Under the pieces are notes generated by a model that was not told the DNA's origin, did no database searches, and saw only the letters and a program-made list of their open reading frames with translations. Positions 8,923 through 20,335 of a stretch of DNA of 64,000 bases are shown piece by piece. The stretch comes from Candidatus Krumholzibacteriia bacterium (GTDB lineage: Bacteria; Krumholzibacteriota; Krumholzibacteriia; Krumholzibacteriales; Krumholzibacteriaceae): assembly GCA_963770685.1 (NCBI GenBank), contig CAVYQN010000001.1, forward strand, positions 72,589-136,588, given 5' to 3'. How positions within the stretch are numbered: position 1 is the stretch's first letter; every line of letters starts with the position of its first letter. The position numbers and the translations under genes were made by a program.

Positions 8923-9151
8923 GCCATGAAAATCGTAGTGCCGGATATGGGCGATCCGGCATGCGAAGCGGTTTTGCCAGATTATATCTGATTATTAATC
9001 AATGAGTTGCACGCGTAGGAATGAGAGGTGAAGGTCAGTGAGCCCATCCATTTACGGGAAAGGTCAGATCGGGTGTAAGCGACGCGGTGGCTAATATCCG
9101 ACCAGCGCCAACAGATTATCCCCGCGGGGGGAAATTATCCATGACCCCGGG

Positions 9152-10132
9152 TCATGCGGAAGCGTAACCGTCGGGATGGCTCTTCTTCCAGTTGTAGGCG
9201 TCTTCGATGATCACGTCGATCTCGTGATGACGCCTTTTCCATCCCAGTATATCTTCGGCCCTGGCGGAAGCTGCAACCAGAACGGCGGGATCCCCACTCC
9301 TTCGCCCGCCCATCCTGAACGGAATATCCTTTCCGGTCACCCTGGAGGCGGCCTCGATGACCTGAAAGACAGAAAATCCCCGGCCGTTGCCGAGATTCAA
9401 CGCTCCGGTGCAGCCGGACGGAAGCTTCTCGAGCCCCAGCAGATGGGCTTCGGCCAGATCCTTCACGTGTATGTAGTCCCTCACGCATGTTCCGTCGATC
9501 GTCGGATAATCGTCGCCGTAAATCACCAGCTCTTCCCTTCTTCCCGCGGCCGCGTCGAGAACGAGCGGGATCAGGTGCGTTTCCGGCCTGTGGTCCTCGC
9601 CGTGTCTTTCCGTCGCTCCCGCCGCGTTGAAATACCGCAGGGAAAGGGTCCTCAGCCCCCAGGCCTTCGAACAGTCCGAGAGCATCCTTTCCACGGCCAG
9701 TTTCGTGCCGCCGTAAGCGTTCACGGGCTGAAGGCGCGAATCTTCATCTATCGGTGTGGAATCCGGCTCCCCGTAAACGGCGGCCGAGGAGGAAAAAAGA
9801 ATGTCGGTCACGCCGGCCTCCCTCATGGCCGTCGCCAGAGAGACGGCTCCGCAGACGTTGTTCCTGTAATATTTCAACGGATCGGAGACCGATTCCGAGA
9901 CCTGGGAGAAGGCGGCGAAGTGGCAGACAGCCTCGACTCCCGTCGAAAGTATCTTCCTCACGGCTTCCGTATCGAGGAGGTCGCACCTGTGAAAGGCCGC
10001 GCCCTTCTCCACCGCCTCCTCATGCCCCGTGGAGAGATTGTCCACGACTACCACCTCGTGCCCCTTTTCCAGCAGGCACTCGGATGTGACGCTTCCGATA
10101 TACCCCGCGCCACCCGTGACCGCGACCTTCAT
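9152..10132 (-). CDS. galE: UDP-glucose 4-epimerase
   Basis: 326-aa ORF. MKVAVTGGAGYIGS Rossmann motif and YGGTK catalytic motif. The start directly abuts the uvrA stop (TGAATG). Confidence 0.9.
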   Translation of the reverse strand: MKVAVTGGAGYIGSVTSECLLEKGHEVVVVDNLSTGHEEAVEKGAAFHRCDLLDTEAVRKILSTGVEAVCHFAAFSQVSESVSDPLKYYRNNVCGAVSLATAMREAGVTDILFSSSAAVYGEPDSTPIDEDSRLQPVNAYGGTKLAVERMLSDCSKAWGLRTLSLRYFNAAGATERHGEDHRPETHLIPLVLDAAAGRREELVIYGDDYPTIDGTCVRDYIHVKDLAEAHLLGLEKLPSGCTGALNLGNGRGFSVFQVIEAASRVTGKDIPFRMGGRRSGDPAVLVAASARAEDILGWKRRHHEIDVIIEDAYNWKKSHPDGYASA

Positions 10133-12916
10133 TCAAGCCTCCTGTCTGTATCTCGCGATGTAGGATTCGAGATATCTACCCGTTTTCGACTCCTTCGATT
10201 TTACGATCTCGGAAGGATGCCCGCAAGCTATTACTCTGCCCCCTTCGTCCCCCCCGCCGGGACCGAGATCGATGATATGGTCCGCCATGGCTATCACTTC
10301 CATGTTATGCTCTATGACGAGAACGGAATGCCCCGATGAGACGAGCTCGCCGAGCACGCCGAGGAACTTCGCTACGTCGGCCATATGAAGCCCCGTTGTC
10401 GGCTCATCCATGATATAAAGGTTTTTCTGCCCGCTCGATTCGGTGAGCTCCCTCGCTATCTTTATCCTCTGCGCCTCTCCACCGGAAAGGGTGTTGGACG
10501 GCTGCCCGAGGGTGATGTAACCGAGTCCCGTTTTCGCCAGCATCCAGAGCCTTTCCCCGAGCATGGGCGCCTCGTCGAAGAACATTATCGCCTCGTCCAC
10601 CGTCAGGTCCAGGATTTCGCTGATGTTCTTTCCCTTGTATTCGATCTCGAGCGTTTCTCTGTTGTATCGTTTCCCCCCGCAATCCTCGCAGGGCACGAAC
10701 ACGTCCGCCATGAAGTGCATCTCCACCCTTCGAAACCCCATCCCCTGGCATTTCGCGCATCTCCCGCCAGGCTTGTTGAAACTGAACCGCCCGTTTTCAT
10801 ATCCCCTGGCCAGTGATTTGCGCTGCGAGGCAAACAGTTCCCTTATGAATGAGAAACCTTTTATGTAAGTGATCGGATTCGAGCGGGGGGACGATCCTAT
10901 CGGGCTCTGGTCGACGAGCAGCACCCTGTCGATCCGTCCCTCCACTTCGATCCCGCGCGCGAAGGCGTTCGCCTGAGCGCCGGGCTTCCCGGCCAGCGCA
11001 TCGTGAATCACGTCGATCACGAGGGTGCTCTTCCCCGAACCGGAAACGCCCGTCACGCATGTCAGCGTCCCGAGCGGGATCTCGACGTCGATATTTTTCA
11101 GGTTGTGCCTCGCGACCCCCTTCAGCAGGATCCTGCCCGACGGCTTCCTTCCCCTCGAGGAGACCCTGAGATTCCTCTCCTTCGCGAACACGGTATCGAG
11201 GGTCCTCGATATCCCGGCGGGAGCCTCGCGGGCCTCTGCTGCCGAGCCGTTGAACATGACCCTGCCTCCGTCCCTCCCGGCCCCGGGCCCCAGATCAACC
11301 ACGTGGTCCGCCGAAAGGATGATATCCGGATCGTGCTCCACGACCATCACCGTATTGCCGAGTTTCCCCAGTCTCTGCATGACCTGTATGAGCCTTTCGT
11401 TGTCGGCGGCGTGCAGGCCGATCGACGGCTCGTCCAGCACGTAAAGGGTGTCGACAAGATTGGCGCCGAGCGAATTGGCGAGGTTTATCCTTTGCGCCTC
11501 CCCGCCCGACAGCGTTCTCGTGAGCCGATCCAGCGTGAGGTACCCTAGGCCAACGTCCCCCAGGAATCTCAGGCGCGACAGCAGCTCGGAGATGAGATCG
11601 CCGGATATCGCCCTCTCCGTATCGCCGAGCCTCGCGTTCTCCATGATCCGTATCAGTTCGGAGGGGATCATCGCCGCCATTTTGCCTATCGTCACGCCGT
11701 CGAATTTCACGTATCCCGCCTCTTTTCTCAACCTCGTCCCCCCGCAGGTCCTGCAGGTGGTGAAATCCATGTATCTGCGCGTAAAGAACCGGTGCCCCTT
11801 CTTGTAACTCTTTTCCTTCATCTTCTCGAGGAAAGGGATCACCCCGATGTAATCGCCGTCCCCCTCGAGAACGGCGCGTCTCGCGGCCCCGGGCAGCTCC
11901 CTCCACGGAACGCCGGCGGGAATTCCCTTCCGGCGGCAATAGTCGAGCATCTTATAATGGAAGACTTCGAACCTCTCCCTGGACCACGGGTCAACCGCCC
12001 TCCCTTCAAGGCTCTTCGACATGTCGGGAACGATCATTTTCTCCGAGAATTCCATCCGGTCGCCGAATCCCCTGCAGTCGGGGCAGGCGCCGTACGGGCT
12101 GTTGAACGAAAAGAGCAGGGCCGAGGGGGTCTCGAAATTCCTCCCGCATAGGCTACAGGACGGCGCCTGGCTGAACCTGTATCTTTCATCACCGCCGACG
12201 GCGGCGATCTCGACCATGCCGTCCCTTTCGCGGTATGCCAGTTCCACCGCCTCGGCGATTCGCGTGCGATTCGAGGATACTGCCTCCACCCTGTCGAGCA
12301 GGATGAAGATCGTGGCGCCGGTTTTTCCCGAAGGATCGAATTCCCCCAGCATGACGACATCGCCGTCCACGACCGCTCTCGCGTATCCCCTCGACATGAG
12401 ATACGATTTTCTCGAATCCCAGGCGTCGACGTCGATAAGCCCCTCCGGCATGAGTATGTGAATCCTCCTCCCGCCGAAGATCCTTATCGATTCGCCCGCC
12501 ACGTCGCTCGGGGTGAACGACCTTACCGTGACGCCGCAGTCGGGGCAGACCGTTCTGCCCACCCTGGCGAAAAGGAGCCGGAGGTAGTCGTATATCTCCG
12601 TCGCGGTTCCGACGGTCGATCTCGCGCTCGTCACGGAGTTGCGCTGCCTGATGGCTATCGCGGGGCTGATCCCTGAGATGCCGTCTATATCCGGCCTGTC
12701 CAGTTTCTCGATGAACTGCCTGGCGTAGGTGGACAGCGATTCAAGGTACCTTCTCTGCCCTTCTGCATAGATCGTATCGAACGCGAGCGACGATTTCCCC
12801 GAGCCGGAAACGCCGGTGACGGCTATAACCATCCCGCGCGGAATCTCCAGGCTGATATCCTTGAGGTTGTGCTGCCTTGCCCCGTATATGGCGATTTTAT
12901 CCCGGGCCATAGTCAT
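10133..12916 (-). CDS. uvrA: Excinuclease ABC subunit A family ATPase
   Basis: 927-aa ORF. Two ABC modules (GVSGSGKSSLAFDTIYAEGQRRY; GVSGSGKSTL). Two LSGGEAQR signatures. Zn-finger Cys pairs (CPDCG, CSLCG...CPDC, CRTCGG, CAKCQG...CEDCGG). Collinear with UvrA but divergent (AIAIRQRN where I would expect ISIEQK). Confidence 0.8.
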   Translation of the reverse strand: MTMARDKIAIYGARQHNLKDISLEIPRGMVIAVTGVSGSGKSSLAFDTIYAEGQRRYLESLSTYARQFIEKLDRPDIDGISGISPAIAIRQRNSVTSARSTVGTATEIYDYLRLLFARVGRTVCPDCGVTVRSFTPSDVAGESIRIFGGRRIHILMPEGLIDVDAWDSRKSYLMSRGYARAVVDGDVVMLGEFDPSGKTGATIFILLDRVEAVSSNRTRIAEAVELAYRERDGMVEIAAVGGDERYRFSQAPSCSLCGRNFETPSALLFSFNSPYGACPDCRGFGDRMEFSEKMIVPDMSKSLEGRAVDPWSRERFEVFHYKMLDYCRRKGIPAGVPWRELPGAARRAVLEGDGDYIGVIPFLEKMKEKSYKKGHRFFTRRYMDFTTCRTCGGTRLRKEAGYVKFDGVTIGKMAAMIPSELIRIMENARLGDTERAISGDLISELLSRLRFLGDVGLGYLTLDRLTRTLSGGEAQRINLANSLGANLVDTLYVLDEPSIGLHAADNERLIQVMQRLGKLGNTVMVVEHDPDIILSADHVVDLGPGAGRDGGRVMFNGSAAEAREAPAGISRTLDTVFAKERNLRVSSRGRKPSGRILLKGVARHNLKNIDVEIPLGTLTCVTGVSGSGKSTLVIDVIHDALAGKPGAQANAFARGIEVEGRIDRVLLVDQSPIGSSPRSNPITYIKGFSFIRELFASQRKSLARGYENGRFSFNKPGGRCAKCQGMGFRRVEMHFMADVFVPCEDCGGKRYNRETLEIEYKGKNISEILDLTVDEAIMFFDEAPMLGERLWMLAKTGLGYITLGQPSNTLSGGEAQRIKIARELTESSGQKNLYIMDEPTTGLHMADVAKFLGVLGELVSSGHSVLVIEHNMEVIAMADHIIDLGPGGGDEGGRVIACGHPSEIVKSKESKTGRYLESYIARYRQEA

Positions 12917-12939
12917 TCTCCGGTTAAATACAAACGTTC

Positions 12940-12968
12940 ATTCTAACACCGATTGCTTCCGGTTTCAA
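12940..12968 (-). promoter_or_regulatory. Candidate sigma70 promoter for uvrA-galE
   Basis: Minus strand reads TTGAAA (12968-12963), 17 nt, TAGAAT (12945-12940) preceded by TGT (extended -10). An SD GGAG and the ATG at 12916 follow. Confidence 0.5.
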
Positions 12969-12981
12969 CATCGTATATAAT
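12953..12981 (+). promoter_or_regulatory. Candidate promoter for mazG (possibly a leaderless transcript)
   Basis: TTGCTT (12953-12958), 17 nt, TATAAT (12976-12981). The ATG at 12989 is 7 nt downstream and has no SD. Confidence 0.4.
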
Positions 12982-12988
12982 TCAACCC

Positions 12989-13772
12989 ATGAATGACGAC
13001 GCCACGGGAAAAAGCATAGAAAGGCTCCGTTCGACCCTCAGGGTCCTTCGCGGCGAAAAAGGCTGCCCCTGGGACAGGGAACGTTCGCTCGAGGAGATAA
13101 TTTCCTACATGATCGACGAGGCGTACGAGCTCCTTGAGGCGGAGAGATCGGGGAGCCTCGGCGACGTCGAGGAGGAGCTGGGGGATGTCTTCTTTCTTGT
13201 AGTGTTCATTCACGAGCTGATGCTGGAAAAGCGGGGCGCCTCCCTGGCGAGCATCATAGATCGCGCGCACGACAAGATAATCAAGCGCCATCCCCACGTT
13301 TTCGAGGGGGAAAGGGCCGCCGACAGCGTCGAAAGCACCGCATCCTGGGAACGCATCAAGAAGACCGAGAAACCGCCCGCGCCCGGAGCGCCCCTTCTCG
13401 AATCGATACCGTCGGGACTTCCTCCGGTCCGAAGGGCTTTCGCCCTGCAGAAAAAGGCGGCCGGAGCCGGCTTCGACTGGCCGCATTACACGGGCGTGAT
13501 CGACAAGATCCACGAGGAGACGGGCGAGCTGCTCGAAGCGGTCGGTTCGGGGAACCGGGACTCCGTGAAGGACGAGGTCGGCGACATTCTCTTTACCGCG
13601 GTCAATCTCGCCCGCATCCTCGACGTCGACCCGGAAAGCGCGCTCGAAGGCGCCTCCCGGAAATTCAAGACTCGCTTCAAAACGATGGAGGACCGCATAA
13701 GGAAGGACGAAGGTCTCCTTCGAATCGCTTACGATCGAACAGCTCGAATCGTACTGGCAGGATTCAAAATAA
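12989..13772 (+). pseudogene. mazG: Nucleoside triphosphate pyrophosphohydrolase MazG, C-terminal frame interrupted
   Basis: IERLRSTLRVLRGEKGCPWDRERS, two EEELGDVFF / KDEVGDILF motifs. A one-base shift within 13701-13713 restores the expected tail ...VSFESLTIEQLESYWQDSK with TAA at 13770. The 622-aa ORF-track version otherwise reads through antisense to the next gene. Confidence 0.85.
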
Positions 13773-13801
13773 AAAGGCCGCGGGAATCGCTCCCCGCGGC
13801 C
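13766..13801 (-). terminator. Intrinsic terminator between convergent mazG and the OmpA-like gene
   Basis: Perfect 9-bp stem GGCCGCGGG/CCCGCGGCC (13776-13784 with 13793-13801). On the minus strand it is followed by TTTTTATTTT. On the plus strand an A-tract precedes it. Confidence 0.7.
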
Positions 13802-13825
13802 CTGATCGAGTCACCTTCCCGCCGT

Positions 13826-15703
<1,878 letters not shown>

Positions 15704-15791
15704 TAGTCCTCCCTGGTAATGGATTCCGCCATCGCGGCCCCGTCGCCGGCGCGCGGAATCTCCGCCTCCAGGCGACCCGTACACCGGGCCG

Positions 15792-16163
15792 TCAATCTTC
15801 ATCCTTGTCCTTCTTTTCCCGCCCGGCTTCGTCGCCCTCTTCAATCCGCCCGTCGTCTTCGCCCGCTTCCCCCTCCTCTTCGTCTCCGCGGGATTTTTCA
15901 TCCACGAAATTCATCTGAAGATCCATCAGAATGTTGTCGACAAGCCTTTTTTCCTCCGCCGAAAGGTTCCCGGAGGTTTTCTTCTGTATCATCGCTATCA
16001 TGTCGATCGTTATCCGGGCCTGACGCAAATCCCTCTCCACTTTTCCCGTAATCGGGTTCATCAGTTTTCCCATCTGCTGCAGGGCAAGGGTCTGGAACAT
16101 CGCCAGAAGGTGTTGAAAAAGGAAACAATCGCTTTGATTTCCGTTTATCTCGCCGTTATTCAA
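15792..16163 (-). CDS. DUF1844-like small acidic protein
   Basis: 123-aa ORF with a TTG start after SD AAAGGAGGAA. The core LLAMFQTLALQQMGKLMNPITGKVERDLRQARITIDMIAMIQKKTSGNLSAEEKRL matches my memory of DUF1844. Acidic tail. Confidence 0.6.
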   Translation of the reverse strand: MNNGEINGNQSDCFLFQHLLAMFQTLALQQMGKLMNPITGKVERDLRQARITIDMIAMIQKKTSGNLSAEEKRLVDNILMDLQMNFVDEKSRGDEEEGEAGEDDGRIEEGDEAGREKKDKDED

Positions 16164-16188
16164 GAGAATTCCTCCTTTCCCGCCTTCG

Positions 16189-16218
16189 ACTATAGTTTTG
16201 AAATTTTCATCATGTCAA
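16189..16218 (-). promoter_or_regulatory. Candidate sigma70 promoter for the DUF1844 gene
   Basis: Minus strand reads TTGACA (16218-16213), 18 nt, TATAGT (16194-16189). The SD and TTG start follow about 25 nt downstream. Confidence 0.5.
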
Positions 16219-16229
16219 TGAAAATAAGA

Positions 16230-16260
16230 TATGAAAATACCGGATCATTCGATCCGGTAT
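16230..16260 (-). terminator. Intrinsic terminator after XRE-cupin regulator 1
   Basis: Perfect 10-bp stem ATACCGGATC/GATCCGGTAT with a 4-nt loop (16237-16260). On the minus strand it is followed by TTTCATATCTTATTTT. Confidence 0.55.
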
Positions 16261-16325
16261 CCGTGAATCCTCGAGCAATGATTTCGCGGAGCGTGGCCGC
16301 GGCGGGCAGGCTCTTCGTGCAGGGG

Positions 16326-16892
16326 TCAGTCCACGCCCCTTTCCGTCGCGAACCAGATCATCTTCGCTTCCTGTTCCTTCGACGGGTTTATATATCCGTG
16401 TTTCTGGCTCGCGCGGTAACATATGCTGTCGCCCTCGCCGAGATCGTACACCCTTTCATCAACCTGGTATTTGACCGATCCCTTGAGCACGAGGGCCGCC
16501 TCGTCGCAGTTATGCGAGTGGACCTCCATTTTCCTGTTGTTTTTCGACGGCGCGAGGGTTATAAGCCGGGCGTTTATCTTCCCGCTCGGTATGGAGTTCG
16601 TGAGGTTCTCGAAAACTCCGTCGACCTTTTCGAGAGGCTCCGCCTGACGGTCCTCAAGGGCGATGAACGACACGTCCTTCAGCTCCCTTTCCTCGATGAA
16701 ATAGGCCGGATCCTTCCCCAGCGCCTCGGCTATTCTCATCAGGGCGCCGATCGTGGGAGAGGTCTTGCCCCTCTCTATTTCCGAGATGTGGGTGGCCGAG
16801 ATCCCCGCTTTCGCCTCGACGTTTTTCAGGGTGAGGTGGTTCTGTTCCCTGATCTTCTTTATCCTTTTCCCGATTTCTTCCTTCGATATCAT
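16326..16892 (-). CDS. XRE-family HTH regulator with C-terminal cupin domain (paralogue 1)
   Basis: 188-aa ORF. HTH LTLKNVEAKAGISATHISEIERGKTSPTIGALMRIAEALG. Cupin-like C-terminal half (HSHNCDEAALVLKG...GDSICY...HGY). Confidence 0.85.
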   Translation of the reverse strand: MISKEEIGKRIKKIREQNHLTLKNVEAKAGISATHISEIERGKTSPTIGALMRIAEALGKDPAYFIEERELKDVSFIALEDRQAEPLEKVDGVFENLTNSIPSGKINARLITLAPSKNNRKMEVHSHNCDEAALVLKGSVKYQVDERVYDLGEGDSICYRASQKHGYINPSKEQEAKMIWFATERGVD

Positions 16893-16922
16893 CGCGCGTC
16901 AGACCTCCGGCGGCACTGAAGT

Positions 16923-17483
16923 TTAAAGACTGTACGGCGGCATCGTGACCCAGATGGCCCTGCATTTCGCGTCGCCGATGTTCCTCATCGCGTGGGGCCT
17001 GTTGGCCTTGTAATGGATGCTGTCGCCTTCCTTGAGTATGTACTTTTCGTCGCCGATGATAATCTCCATGACTCCCTTCGTGACCAGGGCGAATTCCTCC
17101 CCCTCGTGGGTGCTCGTTTCCTCCGGCCTCGCTATTCCCGGATCGAGCTCCACTTCGAGAAAAGAGAGAACGGGATTGGGAACGTCCTTTGTGAGCGAAA
17201 AATATGTCGCGCCCCAATCCACGAACTGCATCCTCTTTCTTTCCTTCTTGCCGAGGACGGAGACCTTCGAGAGGTTCCTCTTCTCGACGAAATACGCCAC
17301 ATCCGTGCCCATGGCCTCGGCTATCTTCGCCAGGGCCCCGACCGTCGGCGAGGTCATGCCTCTCTCGATCTCGGAAACATGCGTGGCCGACACCTTGGCT
17401 TTTACCTCTATATCCTTGAGCGTAAGCCCCTTGGACAGGCGGAATTTCTTTATCCTGTAGCCGATTTCGTTTTTATTGTCCAT
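16923..17483 (-). CDS. XRE-family HTH regulator with C-terminal cupin domain (paralogue 2)
   Basis: 186-aa ORF. HTH LTLKDIEVKAKVSATHVSEIERGMTSPTVGALAKIAEAMG. Cupin-like half (HEGEEFALVTKG...GDSIHY...PHAM). Lies 30 nt upstream of paralogue 1. Confidence 0.85.
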   Translation of the reverse strand: MDNKNEIGYRIKKFRLSKGLTLKDIEVKAKVSATHVSEIERGMTSPTVGALAKIAEAMGTDVAYFVEKRNLSKVSVLGKKERKRMQFVDWGATYFSLTKDVPNPVLSFLEVELDPGIARPEETSTHEGEEFALVTKGVMEIIIGDEKYILKEGDSIHYKANRPHAMRNIGDAKCRAIWVTMPPYSL

Positions 17484-17891
17484 CTCTCCCCTTCCGAGAC
17501 CGGAAATGGCCGGATTCCAATGTACAATTTCCAGAGCCGGAAAAAACCAGTCTTCATGACTGAAAACAGACTAATATAATGAATTAAAACTGAAAATCCA
17601 GTCTTTATATAAAAAATATTCGCCGCGGCAGACCATGCAAGATACATATCACTCATTCCCTTTCCGCGCGAATTGGCCGGATTCCGGGATGTTACATTTA
17701 ATCCGGATTGCCGCATGGCGCACCCTCATTTTCAGAATAAATCCTCCCGCGGGGATCCCGACCCGCCGGGGACTCCTGACCGCTGGACCTTGAATGCGTT
17801 TTGAAGTATATTAAGCGGCGTGCCCGGGCCGCCATCAAGTTTGAAAAGTCGAGAATCCAGGCCCTGTTTCGTCCCGGTAAAAGGTCGTGCG

Positions 17892-18968
17892 ATGAGGAAA
17901 AGCGGAAATTCAGGGGCAAAGTCCCCCGTGATCCTCGTGATCAGGTTCAGTTCCCTCGGGGATATCGCGCTGATGCTGCCGATGATGAGGGAGCTGCGAA
18001 GAGGTTATCCGGGGGGCGAGATCCATCTTGCGACAAAGTCAGAATATTCAGGGCTGTTGGAGGGGAACGGCGACGTCGACTTCATACACCGCCTGCCGGA
18101 CAACACCCTCGCCTCATCGCTGAAGCTTTTCCGGGCCCTGGGGAAAATCGATTTTGATATGGTGATCGACGCGCACGGCGTCTTGAGAAGCGTCCTTATC
18201 TCCACCTTCCTGTCCGCCGGGAAGAAGATCCGTATCGACAAGGAACAGTTGAAGAAAACGCTGCTGATCAAAGGCAGCGTCAATTATTACAAGGATATAC
18301 ATACTCAGGCGGGGAGATATCTCGACCTTGCGGCCCGCTCGGGGGCCGCTCCTTCAGGCGAGCGCTTCCTTATCGATATCCCTCCCGCCGCCGATGCCAG
18401 GGCCGCGGCTCTCCTCGCCGAAGCCGGGATCGATGATATGCCGCTCGTGGCCTTCGCCCCGGGCGCCCGCTGGCCCGCGAAACAGTGGCCCGGGGAATAT
18501 TTCAGCGAACTCGTGTCCTCCCTCTCCGCGCGAGAGTTCGGATGCGTGATGACAGGGAGCGCCGGAGAGAAAGCCCTGTGCGATACGATAATGGGCGGGG
18601 CCGCCCGATCCATTAACGCGGCGGGAAGGTTCTCCATCATGGAATCGGCCGCGCTCCTCGGAAAATGCAGCCTGCTGGTGACGAACGATTCCGCCCCGCT
18701 TCACCTTGCCGAATCGGCGGGCACCCCCGTTGTCGCCTTTTTCGGGCCCACGGTCAGGGAATTCGGTTTCTTCCCCGGGCTGCCGGAGAGCAGGGTCCTC
18801 GAGAGGGACCTCGCGTGCAGGCCTTGCTCGAGAAACGGATCGAAAGAATGCAGGTTCGGCACGAGGGAATGCCTCGTCTCGATAACCCCGGTCGAGGCTC
18901 TCGAGACCGTTCTCGAAATCCTCGGCAGGGAGCCGATATCCTCGGGTCGGCCGGAAAGGAAGGCATGA
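17892..18968 (+). CDS. Glycosyltransferase family 9 (LPS heptosyltransferase-like)
   Basis: Start taken at MRKSGNSGAKSPVILVIRFSSLGDIALMLP. C-terminal LLVTNDSAPLHLAESAGTPVVAFFGPT. Its stop overlaps the waaA start (ATGA at 18965-18968). Confidence 0.8.
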   Translation: MRKSGNSGAKSPVILVIRFSSLGDIALMLPMMRELRRGYPGGEIHLATKSEYSGLLEGNGDVDFIHRLPDNTLASSLKLFRALGKIDFDMVIDAHGVLRSVLISTFLSAGKKIRIDKEQLKKTLLIKGSVNYYKDIHTQAGRYLDLAARSGAAPSGERFLIDIPPAADARAAALLAEAGIDDMPLVAFAPGARWPAKQWPGEYFSELVSSLSAREFGCVMTGSAGEKALCDTIMGGAARSINAAGRFSIMESAALLGKCSLLVTNDSAPLHLAESAGTPVVAFFGPTVREFGFFPGLPESRVLERDLACRPCSRNGSKECRFGTRECLVSITPVEALETVLEILGREPISSGRPERKA

Positions 18969-20263
18969 GGCCGCATCTTTTGATATACAACTGCCTTCTC
19001 CCTCTTATCCTGGCCGGAGCGCGCTGTGCAGGCATCTTCAACGGCAAGATATCCCGAACCATCGAAGCCAGGAAGGGGATCACAGCCAGGTGGGCTAAGA
19101 AATGCGCCGGGCTTAGGCGTGATGGGAAACTCGTCTGGTTTCACGTCTCATCGGCTGGCGAATATCTGCAGGCCGTTCCCGTCATCGACCTTCTCCTGTC
19201 CAGGGAGGATCCTCCCTCGATAGCCATCACCTTCTACTCGCCTTCCGGGTTCGATTACCACGCGAAACATGACAGGAGCGGAAAAGGCTCCCGCCTCTCT
19301 TTTGTCGAATATCTCCCCTTCGACACGCGGGGCAACGCGCGGTTATGCCTTGATTCCCTTGAACCAGGCCTGATCGTATATATCAGGTACGATCTCTGGC
19401 CGAACCTTGTCTCCGAGGCTCACGGCAGGGGGATACCTCAGATACTCCTTTCGGGCAACGCTCCGCGAAGCCTGGCGCGAAGGATCGATTCAAGGTGCGG
19501 AATCCGTCGCGGGATGTACTCCGCGATGGCATCTATAGGCGCCGTTTCGGACAGCGACGCGAAATGGTTCGAGGAGGCGACCGGCGGCAGGGTCCCGACA
19601 GAGAACACGGGGGACATTCGTTTCGACCAGGTCATCGAGCGGGTCTCGCGCCCCGGCGCACCCTCAGCCGGGATTCCCCGGAGCGAAGGCGCGAGGTTCA
19701 TCATCGCGGGGAGCACATGGCCGCGCGACGAGGCGATAGTCATCCCCGGCTTCCGCGAGCTGCTGAAAGGGCATCCCGATGCGAGGCTGGTTATCGCACC
19801 CCACGAACCGACGGGCGAAAGGGTCTCGGGTATAATGCGGGCGCTCGCTTCGCAGGGCCTGACTTACACCTGCCTATCCGATCCGGACGGGAGTCGTGTG
19901 CCCGGCAAAGATGTTTTGATCGCCGACGGCGTCGGATACCTCGCCGAGCTCTACGGAACGGGAGTCCTGGCATACGTGGGCGGAGGATTTACCTCGGGAG
20001 TCCACAATATTCTGGAACCGGCGGTTCTCGGGCTCCCAGTTCTCTTCGGCCCGAGGACTGATAACGCCTGGGAAGCCTCTTGCCTCGTCGCGCTAGGAGC
20101 CGCTTCCACGGTGACTAGCCCGGGGCTATTTGCCCTCGAAGCGGGCCGTTTCCTCGGTGACGGTGAATTGCTTCACGCGGCCGGGGAAGCCGCACGTAAA
20201 TTCGTGGCGGACCACGCGGGCGCGGCCCGCAAGGCGGCCGCGCTCATCGATAGATTCCTTTGA
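18965..20263 (+). CDS. waaA: 3-deoxy-D-manno-octulosonic acid (Kdo) transferase
   Basis: Start at MRPHLLIYNCLLPLILAG. Motif VWFHVSSAGEYLQAVPVI. GT30-like C-terminal half (VGGGFTSGVHNILEPA). 432 aa. Confidence 0.8.
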   Translation: MRPHLLIYNCLLPLILAGARCAGIFNGKISRTIEARKGITARWAKKCAGLRRDGKLVWFHVSSAGEYLQAVPVIDLLLSREDPPSIAITFYSPSGFDYHAKHDRSGKGSRLSFVEYLPFDTRGNARLCLDSLEPGLIVYIRYDLWPNLVSEAHGRGIPQILLSGNAPRSLARRIDSRCGIRRGMYSAMASIGAVSDSDAKWFEEATGGRVPTENTGDIRFDQVIERVSRPGAPSAGIPRSEGARFIIAGSTWPRDEAIVIPGFRELLKGHPDARLVIAPHEPTGERVSGIMRALASQGLTYTCLSDPDGSRVPGKDVLIADGVGYLAELYGTGVLAYVGGGFTSGVHNILEPAVLGLPVLFGPRTDNAWEASCLVALGAASTVTSPGLFALEAGRFLGDGELLHAAGEAARKFVADHAGAARKAAALIDRFL

Positions 20264-20335
20264 TCATAAGGCGGCCCGGGGGCGGAGATCGCCGCGCATT
20301 CACCGGCCCGGCGCAGGGGCCTTCGGCGCCACCCG

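Noticed and set aside
8923-9151. A promoter or terminator in the galE/kinase intergenic region: a perfect TATAAT on the minus strand at 8986-8981, palindromes CATGACCCCGGGTCATG and CCCCGCGGGG near 9125-9157, and a hairpin at 8940-8960.
   Set aside because: No acceptable -35 lies at 16-18 nt spacing, and the palindromes lack a following T-tract. These are plausible but too weak to call as features.
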